A stretch of DNA of 64,000 bases from Acidobacteriota bacterium (lineage in GTDB: Bacteria; Acidobacteriota; UBA4820; DSQY01): positions 32,001-96,000 of the forward strand of contig JBMFSH010000003.1 in the NCBI GenBank assembly GCA_049967655.1. Direction: 5' to 3'. The position numbers and the translations under genes are program-made. The first letter of the stretch is position 1. Each line of letters starts with the position of its first letter. The notes below the pieces were generated by a model. That model did no database searches. It was not told where the DNA came from and worked only from the letters and a program-made list of their open reading frames with translations. This document shows positions 1 to 8,322 of this stretch, one piece after another.

Positions 1-1
1 G

Positions 2-316
2 GCCTCTTCGCTCGCCGCGGTCTCCAAGAGCGCCGCCCTTCTTCTCAAGGGTTACGTGGACCTGGAGCCCTTCGTGGCCGAGGTGGACGAGGCTCTCTGC
101 ACCTGGTGCGGAAAGTGCCTGGAAGCCTGCCCCTACGAGGCCATCGAGAAGGTGGCCGTGGGAGGCAAGGAGGTGGCTCGGGTCATCCCCTCGCTCTGCA
201 AGGGGTGCGGCGCCTGCGCCGTGCCTTGCGCGGCCAACGCCATCAACGTGAGAGGGTACACCGACGAGCAGGTGCTCGGCATGATCGACGCCCTGCTGAA
301 GGAGGCGGTGGGATGA
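2..316 (+). CDS. hdrA: Heterodisulfide reductase subunit A-like protein, C-terminal fragment (5' end outside window)
   Basis: Open frame from nt 2: ASSLAAVSKSAALLLKGYVDLEPFVAEVD, then a 2x[4Fe-4S] ferredoxin domain (CTWCGKCLEACP; CKGCGACAVPC) and GYTDEQVLGMIDAL tail typical of HdrA C-termini. Confidence 0.85.
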   Translation, partial: ASSLAAVSKSAALLLKGYVDLEPFVAEVDEALCTWCGKCLEACPYEAIEKVAVGGKEVARVIPSLCKGCGACAVPCAANAINVRGYTDEQVLGMIDALLKEAVG

Positions 317-552
317 GCACCTCGGCGCTGCGCGACAAGCGGGAGATCTTCCGTGATGAACTGGTGATGAGAGACAGCATCGCCGCCCTGCTCGCGGATG
401 GCCCCAAGACGGTTCCCGATCTGGCCCGCGCCCTGGGGTGCCCCGCCTACGAAGTGATGGCCTGGGTGGCCGCCATGCGCCGGTACGGCCGCGTCGAGGA
501 GCGGGGCAAGGCCGACGAGGAAGGCTACTTCGCTTACGCCCTGAAGGGCTGA
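313..552 (+). CDS. Small winged-helix (MarR-like) protein, 79 aa
   Basis: ATGA overlap with hdrA stop; MSTSALRDKRE...GPKTVPDLARALG...VAAMRRYGRVEE is an HTH plus wing pattern. Confidence 0.7.
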   Translation: MSTSALRDKREIFRDELVMRDSIAALLADGPKTVPDLARALGCPAYEVMAWVAAMRRYGRVEERGKADEEGYFAYALKG

Positions 553-581
553 CGGCTTCGGCCGCGAAAGGAGACGACACC

Positions 582-1742
582 GTGGCGACGCGCGTCAATC
601 TGGACCTGCACGACGAGCTCAAGGCCTTCGGCGCGAAGGACCTCGACCTCTGCTACAACTGCGGCAACTGCACCGCCGTCTGCTCCCTCGCCGACGAGGG
701 AAGCGCCTTCCCTCGCCGGATCATGCACCTCATCCAGGTGGGAGCGTCGGACCGGCTCAAACAGAGCGTGGACCCCTGGCTCTGCTACTACTGCGGGGAC
801 TGCTCGGCGCAGTGCCCCCGGGGAGCCAACCCGGGCGAGGCCATGATGGCCGCCCGCCGCTACCTCACCTCCCGCTACGACTGGACGGGGCTCTCCAGGC
901 GCATCTACCTCTCCAAGGCCTGGGACGTGGCGGCCGTCCTCGTGGTGGCCCTCTTCGTTATCGGCCTCTTCGCCCTCTTCCACGGCCCCGTGGTTCTTAG
1001 CCACGTGGAGCTGAACACCTTCGCCCCGGTCCGAGCCGTGGAGGCGGGCGACCTGTTCATGGCGGGCGTGCTCTCCTTCTTCCTGCTGACCAACGCAGCC
1101 CGTATGGCCTTCTGGATTCTCAAGGAGGATGGGGCGCCGCCTCTCCCGGTGGGAGCCTTCGCGAAAGCCCTCCCCGAGTTCGTGGTGAACTTTGCCACGC
1201 AGAAGCGCTGGCGCCGCTGCGGAACGGCGCAGGGTAAGCCGAAGGAGAATCGGCGCTGGCTCACACACCTGATCCTCGTTTCGGGCTACCTGACCATGCT
1301 CACCCTCATCGTCGTCTTCCTGCGCTGGTTCCAGACCGACGTGGTCCATCCCTTCTATCACCCCCAGCGGCTGCTCGGCTATTACGCCACCGCGGCGCTT
1401 CTGTATGGCACCGTGGCGTTCATGTTGGGACGCTGGAAGAAGCGGGACGAGATCCACAAGTTTTCCGAGGCCACCGACTGGATGTTCCTGGTCCTCCTCT
1501 TCTTGACCACCCTCACGGGGCTGTGCGTGAACGTCTTCCGGCTGGCCGATTGGCCTTTGGCCACGTACCTCATCTACGTCGTGCACCTGGCCGTGGCGGT
1601 GCCCATGCTCGTGGTGGAGGTGCCCTTTGGCAAGTGGTCCCACCTCTTCTACCGGCCCTGGGCGCTCTACCTCGTCAAGGTGAGAGAGATCGCCCAGAGG
1701 GCGGAACGGGTTCGGGCCGAAGGGATTCCCGCCACAGCCTGA
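582..1742 (+). CDS. qmoC: QmoC-like membrane protein (HdrC-type 4Fe-4S dicluster + cytochrome b-type TM domain)
   Basis: GTG with AAAGGAG SD; CYNCGNCTAVC and CYYCGDCSAQCP motifs, ~6 TM helices with His residues, PFGKWSHLFYRP motif. Confidence 0.8.
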   Translation: MATRVNLDLHDELKAFGAKDLDLCYNCGNCTAVCSLADEGSAFPRRIMHLIQVGASDRLKQSVDPWLCYYCGDCSAQCPRGANPGEAMMAARRYLTSRYDWTGLSRRIYLSKAWDVAAVLVVALFVIGLFALFHGPVVLSHVELNTFAPVRAVEAGDLFMAGVLSFFLLTNAARMAFWILKEDGAPPLPVGAFAKALPEFVVNFATQKRWRRCGTAQGKPKENRRWLTHLILVSGYLTMLTLIVVFLRWFQTDVVHPFYHPQRLLGYYATAALLYGTVAFMLGRWKKRDEIHKFSEATDWMFLVLLFLTTLTGLCVNVFRLADWPLATYLIYVVHLAVAVPMLVVEVPFGKWSHLFYRPWALYLVKVREIAQRAERVRAEGIPATA

Positions 1743-1769
1743 GGCTTTCTTATTGGAAAGGACGATCGT

Positions 1770-2156
1770 ATGACCTCGAATGCGGAACAACCCGTCGAAA
1801 AGTTGACCTTCATCGGCCTGCACGGGCCCGACGACCCCGAGATCGCCATCCTGCCCTTCATGCTGGGCGTGGCGGCGCTGGCGATGGAGGTGCAGGTGAG
1901 CATCCTCCTCCAGGGCCCCGCCGTCCTCTTGGCGCACAAGGGCATCGCCGAGCACGTCTTCTCGGGCTGCGAGGGTACCTCGCTGCGCAAGCTCATGGAC
2001 CAGTTCTTCGAGCTCGGCGGCAAGCTCTACATCTGCACGCCCTGCGTCGAATCCCGCAAAATCAGTAAGAACATTCTTATCCAGGGCGCGCAACTGGTGA
2101 AAGCCGGCAAGGTCGTTTCGGACCTGCTGGAGTCCAAGACCGCGCTCACCTTCTGA
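1770..2156 (+). CDS. DsrE family sulfur-relay protein
   Basis: HGPDDPE..LPF, LQGPAV, LYICTPC..SR motifs. Confidence 0.85.
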   Translation: MTSNAEQPVEKLTFIGLHGPDDPEIAILPFMLGVAALAMEVQVSILLQGPAVLLAHKGIAEHVFSGCEGTSLRKLMDQFFELGGKLYICTPCVESRKISKNILIQGAQLVKAGKVVSDLLESKTALTF

Positions 2157-2188
2157 GGCGCCGGAGACGGCGCTTGAGGAAACAGGCC

Positions 2189-2563
2189 ATGAGTGAAGAG
2201 AAGCCCGAGAAGATCACGATCGTCTCGACCTACGGGGGCGAAGACCCGGAGCGCGCCACCTATCCCTTCTTGACGGGCAACGCGGCCCTGGCCATGGAGG
2301 TGGCCGCCACCATCGTCCTCCAGGGCAACGGCGTCACCGCCGCGACGAAGGGGATCTACGAACACGTCCACGCGCCCGGCCAGGCTCCCCTCAAGCAGCT
2401 CGTGGACCAATTCGTGGAGCTGGGCGGCACCCTGCTGGTGTGCATCCCCTGCATGGAGGCGCGAAGCATCACGAAAGACCATCTGGTGGAGGGCGCCCAG
2501 CCCGTGAAGTCGGCCCGGCTGGTCACGGAAATCCTGGAATCGCGGGGCTCGGTTACTTACTGA
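2189..2563 (+). CDS. DsrE family protein (tandem paralog)
   Basis: GGEDPERATYPF, LQGNGV, LLVCIPCMEAR; visibly similar to the upstream gene; ATG 2189 after GAGG. Confidence 0.85.
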   Translation: MSEEKPEKITIVSTYGGEDPERATYPFLTGNAALAMEVAATIVLQGNGVTAATKGIYEHVHAPGQAPLKQLVDQFVELGGTLLVCIPCMEARSITKDHLVEGAQPVKSARLVTEILESRGSVTY

Positions 2564-2579
2564 GCCCCAAGGAGGCGGC

Positions 2580-3401
2580 ATGTCCGTCATCGCCATATCA
2601 CGGGGTTCCCTGCGGGCCGCAACGCAGCTCGCCCAAGGCCTGGGGAGCCGGCTCGGCAGCAGGGTAGTGGACCGAGAGGAGATCCTCGCCGCGGCCGAAC
2701 GCTACGGCATCGGCGAGACGGGTTTGGAGATGCGGCACATCCTGGCCAAACATCCGCCCGGCTTTTGGGAACGCTACGCCGAGGCCCGCCGCCACTACCT
2801 CGCCTGTTTCAAGGCGGCGCTGCTGGACGCGGTCCTGGAGGGGCCGCTCGTCTATCACGGGAACCTGGCCCACCTCCTCCTGAAGGACGTCCCCTTCGTC
2901 TTGCGCGTCCGGGTCAACGCCCCCATGGAAAACCGGGTGGAGGCCATGATGGCCGAGCAGGGGCTCTCGCGGTACGAGACGACCCGCCGAATCGAGGCCA
3001 TCGACAACGAGCGGAAACGGTGGACGGAGTTCTTATACGACGCGGATATCATGAGTGCCTCCCAGTATGACGTGGTCTTGAACCTGAACCGGGTCAGCGT
3101 CGGCGACGGTATCGAGATGGTCGCGTCGGCAGTCCAGAAGGAGGCCTTTCAGCGCACGCCGGACGCCATCCGCCGGGTGCGGGACCTGCGCCTGGCCACC
3201 GTGGCGGAGGTGCTGCTGATGAGCCATCCGGACACCTACGGGTTGCCCGTCCAGATTTCCGCCGATGCCGAGGGGGGCAGGATAGCGATCGAGCTTTCCG
3301 TCGAAGCGGGCGACAAGCGGTTGATCGAGGGGCAGATCCAGTCGGCGCTTCAAGATCTGGATGGGGTTCGCCATCTCGACGTCTCGGTCACGGTTGGGTA
3401 G
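2580..3401 (+). CDS. Cytidylate kinase-like family protein with C-terminal BON-like region
   Basis: AAGGAGG SD; MSVIAISRGS, VYHGNLAHLLL, LRVRVNAPME, YDVVLNL motifs. Confidence 0.8.
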   Translation: MSVIAISRGSLRAATQLAQGLGSRLGSRVVDREEILAAAERYGIGETGLEMRHILAKHPPGFWERYAEARRHYLACFKAALLDAVLEGPLVYHGNLAHLLLKDVPFVLRVRVNAPMENRVEAMMAEQGLSRYETTRRIEAIDNERKRWTEFLYDADIMSASQYDVVLNLNRVSVGDGIEMVASAVQKEAFQRTPDAIRRVRDLRLATVAEVLLMSHPDTYGLPVQISADAEGGRIAIELSVEAGDKRLIEGQIQSALQDLDGVRHLDVSVTVG

Positions 3402-3425
3402 AAGACCGGCGAATAGGAGTCGGCC

Positions 3426-3881
3426 ATGCGGCAGTGGACATCCCTAGAAGAAGTGTTGGACTTCGCCATAGGCGAAGAGGAGAAAGCAGCGGCCTTTTAC
3501 GATGAATTGTCGGCCCTTGCGACGGGCTCCGACCGAAAAGCTATCTTCGCCGCCTTCGCCAACGAGGAAAGAGCCCACAAGGCCCGTCTTTTGGAAGTGA
3601 AGCGAGGCGGGGCCACGCTCGCCCCGCAAAAGCGAGTGGCTGACCTCAAGATCGGCGATTACCTGGTGGAGGTAGAACCCTCGCCGGAGATGGATTACCC
3701 CAATGCGCTCAGGGTAGCCATGGCTAAGGAGAGGGCTGCGTTCCAACTCTACAGCGACCTCGCCGCACAGATCGGCCGTAGAGAGCTTCGGGAGGTCTTT
3801 CAGGGGCTCGCTCAAGAGGAGGCCCAGCACAAGCTCCGCTTCGAATCGGAATACGACCAAGAGATTTTGAAGGAGAACTAG
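3426..3881 (+). CDS. Rubrerythrin / ferritin-like di-iron protein (no rubredoxin domain)
   Basis: Duplicated E..A..FY / EExxH motifs (EERAH, EEAQH). Confidence 0.9.
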   Translation: MRQWTSLEEVLDFAIGEEEKAAAFYDELSALATGSDRKAIFAAFANEERAHKARLLEVKRGGATLAPQKRVADLKIGDYLVEVEPSPEMDYPNALRVAMAKERAAFQLYSDLAAQIGRRELREVFQGLAQEEAQHKLRFESEYDQEILKEN

Positions 3882-3922
3882 CTTGCCCTTCTGGATCATG
3901 CGGGCGCCAACAGCAGAGGGAG

Positions 3923-4516
3923 ATGGTCATGGAATCCACTGAGAGAGCATCCTCGCTCGCGGGCCCGCCGGCCGCGGCGTTGCAGGAGCGCCTGAACGAA
4001 CTGGAAGAGAGAGTGGCATTGCTGGCGGCCAACGCCGCGGAAGACAATCTTTCCATGGTGGTCATGAGCGGGGACCTGGACCACATCCTGGCCGCCTTCG
4101 TGATCGCCACGGGCGCCTCGGCCATGTACGAGAAGGTCACCATGTTTTTCACCTTCTGGTCCATCCAGGCCCTCCGCGATCCGAACAAGAGTTCGCCCCC
4201 CAAAGACCTGGTGGGACGGCTCTTTTCCAAGTTGCTCCCCAAAGGCGCTCCCGGTCTCAAGCTGTCGAGGATGAACATGGGCGGTCTGGGAACGGGAATG
4301 CTCAAGCGGTTGATGAAGAGGAACCATGTGCTGGGGCTGGAGGAACTGCTCCACCGCGCCGCCGACGCCGGAATCCAGATCTTCATCTGCCAGATGAGCA
4401 TGGATCTCATGGGCTTCAAGCTCGAAGAGATGATCGATTACCCGAACCTCAAGCTCGCCGGGGTGGCCACCTTCTTGGCCGAAGCCGGCACGAGCAAGGT
4501 GTCACTCTTCATTTGA
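3923..4516 (+). CDS. DsrE2/DrsH-like (YrkE-type) sulfurtransferase
   Basis: SGDLD..LAAFVIATGA, TMFFTFW, LSRMNMGGLG, ICQMSMDLMG, GVATFL. Confidence 0.9.
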   Translation: MVMESTERASSLAGPPAAALQERLNELEERVALLAANAAEDNLSMVVMSGDLDHILAAFVIATGASAMYEKVTMFFTFWSIQALRDPNKSSPPKDLVGRLFSKLLPKGAPGLKLSRMNMGGLGTGMLKRLMKRNHVLGLEELLHRAADAGIQIFICQMSMDLMGFKLEEMIDYPNLKLAGVATFLAEAGTSKVSLFI

Positions 4517-4532
4517 CGGGAGGAAATCTCGC

Positions 4533-6428
4533 GTGGAGCGGCTCTTCAGACCCCTGGAGCTGGGTCCCCTCAAGCTCAAGAACCGCTTCGTCCTGGCCCC
4601 TATCCTGGCCGGTTTGGGGGAGGCCGGCGGAGGGGTGACGAGGCGGCAGCAGCGCTTCTACGAAGCCATCGCCGAGGGCGGCGCGGGCCTGCTCATCCTC
4701 GAACCGGTGGCCGTCGCCCCCGGAGGGCGTGAACACCCCAACCAGCTCCTGGCTACCAGCGATGAAAGCATGGAAGGGTTGAGCCGGCTGATACGGGCCA
4801 TTCATGACCGCGGCGCGAAGGCCGCGGTCCAGATTACCCACGCTGGAGCCGCCGCCGATCCGAGAGCCGCGGGCTCTCAGCCCATCGCCCCGTCCGGCTG
4901 CCTCTGTCCCTCTCGGGGCACCTTCGCTGCGGAGATGCGAATCGAGGAGGCCGAGGCGCTCGTGCGGGCCTACGGACGGGCGGCGGCGAAAGCCGCGGCG
5001 GCGGGTGCCGACGCCGTGGAAATCCAGGCGGGGCAGGGCCACCTCGTGGCGCAGTTCCTCTGCCCTCAGACCAACCTCCGGACGGACGCCTACGGCAGCG
5101 ACCGCCTTCTGTTCGTGCGACGAGTGGTTCACGAGGTGCTCGAGGCCACGGAACTCCCGATCATACTGAGGGTATCGTGCAGCCGGCCCGCAGAGGGCGA
5201 CAAGCGGAGAGGGATCCTGAGTCTGGCCGAACTTGCCGGACAGACGGGTCTCGCGGCGCTGGACGTGGCCTTCGGTGACGCGTGCCATTCGCGTCCGTGG
5301 TTTTATCTCCACTCGAGTCTGCCTCGGGAGCCCCAGGAGGCGCTCTTCGCGACGCTCCGGCGCGCTACGAAGTTGCCCCTCCTGGTGGGAGGGCGCATGG
5401 GAAACCGTGCGGCCCTCCAGCGTCTCTTGGAGGAGGACTGGGGAGACGCCGTGACGCTCGCCCGGCCGCTCATTGCCGATCCGAACCTCGTCGAAAAATG
5501 GCGGCGGCACACGGACGGAGAGGTGAGGGAGTGCGGGGGCTGCCTCCAGGGGTGTCTGCGCCACCTGCCCGAGGGGAGGGGACTGCGCTGCACGCTCAAC
5601 CCCTTCCTTGCGGAGGAGCCGCCGCCGCCCGCATCGAGCGCCAAGACCTTTCTCGTGGCGGGAGGTGGCCCGTCCGGTATGGCCGCGGCAGCCCTTCTCG
5701 CCGAGCGCGGCCACCGCGTGACGCTCGCCGATCCGGCTCCGAACCTGGGGGGCATGCTGCGCACTGCCGCCGAATTCAAACCCGCTCTCTTTCACCCCCT
5801 CCTGACACTGGTCCGCCGCCTGGATGCTTCGGGGGTCACCGTACTGCTGGGGCAGAAGGTGGATGAGGCCGCCCTCGCGCGGCTCTCGCCCGAGGTGCTG
5901 ATCTGGGCCGTGGGAGCCGCTCAGGTTCTCCCTCCCATTCCCGGCCTGCGAGGGCAGAAGCGCTTGACGGCCGCGGAGTTCTTTTCCCGCCGCCCTTACC
6001 CGCAGGGGCGCCGTGTGCTCGTGCTAGGAGCCACGAGGCTGGGGCTGGAGGCGGCCGAGAGACTGGCCGACGGCGGATGCCGCGTCACCCTCATCGAGAC
6101 GGGCAGCACGGCCGGGTGGGACATGGAAGGCGTCGGCCGTGAGGTGGCCTTGGCGCGGTTGGCTTCGCTAACGGGAATCACGCTCTTTGCCGGTACGCAG
6201 GTTGAACGGTTCGAAAGAGAGTGGGTTCTCCTCTCGGTGGGTGGGCAACCGGTGCGCGTCCCGCGCTTCGATTGGATCCTGATCGCCGGAGGTTTTCGCG
6301 CCAAGAGCGGCCCACCTCCCGTCCTGCGAAAGGCCGTACGCGCGGTGCACATCCTGGGCGGCCCGCAAGCGGCCACGGACCTTCTGGATGCGATCCACTC
6401 CGCCCAGGCCCTCGCCGCAAGACTCTAA
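4533..6428 (+). CDS. NADH:flavin oxidoreductase (old yellow enzyme barrel + 4Fe-4S + FAD/NAD domain; FadH-like)
   Basis: LKNRFVLAP, TNLRTDAYG, ARPLIADP, CGGCLQGC-x12-C, VAGGGPSG. Confidence 0.85.
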   Translation: MERLFRPLELGPLKLKNRFVLAPILAGLGEAGGGVTRRQQRFYEAIAEGGAGLLILEPVAVAPGGREHPNQLLATSDESMEGLSRLIRAIHDRGAKAAVQITHAGAAADPRAAGSQPIAPSGCLCPSRGTFAAEMRIEEAEALVRAYGRAAAKAAAAGADAVEIQAGQGHLVAQFLCPQTNLRTDAYGSDRLLFVRRVVHEVLEATELPIILRVSCSRPAEGDKRRGILSLAELAGQTGLAALDVAFGDACHSRPWFYLHSSLPREPQEALFATLRRATKLPLLVGGRMGNRAALQRLLEEDWGDAVTLARPLIADPNLVEKWRRHTDGEVRECGGCLQGCLRHLPEGRGLRCTLNPFLAEEPPPPASSAKTFLVAGGGPSGMAAAALLAERGHRVTLADPAPNLGGMLRTAAEFKPALFHPLLTLVRRLDASGVTVLLGQKVDEAALARLSPEVLIWAVGAAQVLPPIPGLRGQKRLTAAEFFSRRPYPQGRRVLVLGATRLGLEAAERLADGGCRVTLIETGSTAGWDMEGVGREVALARLASLTGITLFAGTQVERFEREWVLLSVGGQPVRVPRFDWILIAGGFRAKSGPPPVLRKAVRAVHILGGPQAATDLLDAIHSAQALAARL

Positions 6429-6548
6429 GCCCACTCGCGACGCCCGAAGCCGAACATCGGCGTGGGAGAGGAACCATTCGTTCGACGGCGCCCTCGGCCC
6501 AGGGCCGATCCGGTGGCTGGACGCCGAATCCGAGAGCACTGCTTGGTT

Positions 6549-7376
6549 CTATCCCACGAGATTCTTGAGGAACTGGGCCTTCTCCATGCGGCGGAGGATG
6601 AGGCCCACGCGCCAGCGGTAGGTCCGGTTGGAGCTTCCTGGGTGCCAGGCGTCGGGCGCGGGGAGACCGGCGGCGAGCTGGGCGGCCTCCCATTCGGTCA
6701 GGACCGACGCGGGCTCGTGAAAATAGACCTCGCTGGCCGCCTCGGCGCCGAAGACCCCGGGGCCGAACTGGGCCACGTTCAGGTAGATCTCCAGGACTCT
6801 TCGCTTGTCCAGCTCCCGGTCGAGCTGCACCGTCAGCGCGGCCTCCTTCAGCTTGCGCAGGGGGTTGTAGGAGGGATTCAGCCAGAGGTTCTTGGCCACC
6901 TGCTGGGTGATGGTCGAGGCCCCTCTCGGCAGCCTCTTCTCCTGCCATGCCTCCTTGAGCGAGTCCTCGATCTCGCGGACGTCGAACCCGTTGTCCGAGA
7001 AGAAGTCGATGTTCTCCGAGACGAGGACGGCCCGCTTGAGGTTGGGCGAGATGGCGCTGTAGGGGACCCAGCGCCACGCCACCACGGGCGGCTTGCCCTC
7101 ACGCCGGAGGCGCGCCTTGTACCGCTCGATGAAGGCCGTGGTGGCGGGATTGTGATGGGCCAGACGGGCCACGTCGGGCCAAGTCGCCAGTTCGAAGGCG
7201 GCGAAGGCCAGCAGGAGCAGGCCGCAGAGGAGAATCAGGGCGAGAAGCCGCAGGAAGAGACGGCGGCAGCCCGAGGGCCCCGCGGGTTCCCCTCGGACGG
7301 TCTCTTCTGGGGGCGCCGTCGCCCTCCCCTTGTCGGCATAAGCTACTCCCGTGGTTGGTGGCGACCCGGACGGCAT
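6549..7376 (-). CDS. mtgA: Monofunctional peptidoglycan transglycosylase (start uncertain)
   Basis: TM anchor; SENIDFF, RGASTITQQVAKNLWL, RKLKEA, LEIYLNVAQFG GT51 motifs. Confidence 0.9.
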   Translation of the reverse strand: MPSGSPPTTGVAYADKGRATAPPEETVRGEPAGPSGCRRLFLRLLALILLCGLLLLAFAAFELATWPDVARLAHHNPATTAFIERYKARLRREGKPPVVAWRWVPYSAISPNLKRAVLVSENIDFFSDNGFDVREIEDSLKEAWQEKRLPRGASTITQQVAKNLWLNPSYNPLRKLKEAALTVQLDRELDKRRVLEIYLNVAQFGPGVFGAEAASEVYFHEPASVLTEWEAAQLAAGLPAPDAWHPGSSNRTYRWRVGLILRRMEKAQFLKNLVG

Positions 7377-7487
7377 GGCCCGGGACCCTCGGTTCGGTTC
7401 CAGGGCGAGGCTCACCAGAAAATGAAGTGGCGCCACCAAAGGGCTCCTTGGCCGGCCTTCGGTTGGGAACCGCCGGCGGTCATCCTC

Positions 7488-7841
7488 TCATGGGGCCGGC
7501 GCGGCCTCGCCGGCCACGTGGAGGGTTTCCGGGTCATCCTCCACAACCAGGACCAGGGGACGCGTCACGGACTCGGGGGATGGCTGGGCCCGGAGCTCAA
7601 TCTGCGCCCCGTGGCGCTGCAGCGTCTTTCGGTGCCAGAGGCTGGCGGGGGCGGCGGTCCAAAAGGCCTTCTGATGCGTTTGCGGGGCCTTGCAGAAACA
7701 CTGGCCGCAGTGGGGGCAGACGAAGGTGCGGGCCGGACTCAGGCAGGTGCAGAAGGGGGCCTGAAGGGCGTCGAAGGTCCGGCCGCAGTGGTTGCACGCA
7801 ATCTCGTAGGTTTCTGGTGGGTCCTCTTTCAGGTTGGCCAT
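7488..7841 (-). pseudogene. Cys-rich zinc-binding domain fused to a truncated receiver domain
   Basis: CNHC, CTC, CPHCGQCFC, then PLVLVVEDDPETLHVA (REC beta1-alpha1) followed shortly by TGA; TTGACA upstream at 7912-7917. Confidence 0.55.
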
Positions 7842-8322
7842 CTCACGGCTCTCCGGCGATGAAGGGCGACGGTGTCTGATCCCATGGCAATAGAACTCCT
7901 CCATACGAAAATGTCAAGGGAAAGGTTCATCGCATGGGGAAGGCGGACACCTTCCCCGCCGCCTCGCCTTCCCGTCCGTGGGCCCTTATCGCCGCTCCGA
8001 TCATCTGGGCCCACCGGGCTTTGGAGGTGGTCTGGTAGACCGTAGCCCCGCGGCGGGGGGAGCGGGCCTAAGCGGGCGCCCATTGTCGACAAAAGCTCTC
8101 TAAAGTGCTCCGTCATCCACCACTCCATCTCACTGGCGGGGACCGTCGCTCGCGGCCCCTGTAGAGACACACAGCGTTCGGGGGGCGGCTATTCCAGAAC
8201 GCCAGGGCTGCAGAGGCCTTTGGAGCACGGCCTCCACCGTTCCTATTGCGCGGCTCTGCTCCGCTGTATAGCATGACTGGGGGCCACGCCGTAGGGTGGC
8301 GCCGATCAGGAGGAGCCAAGCC

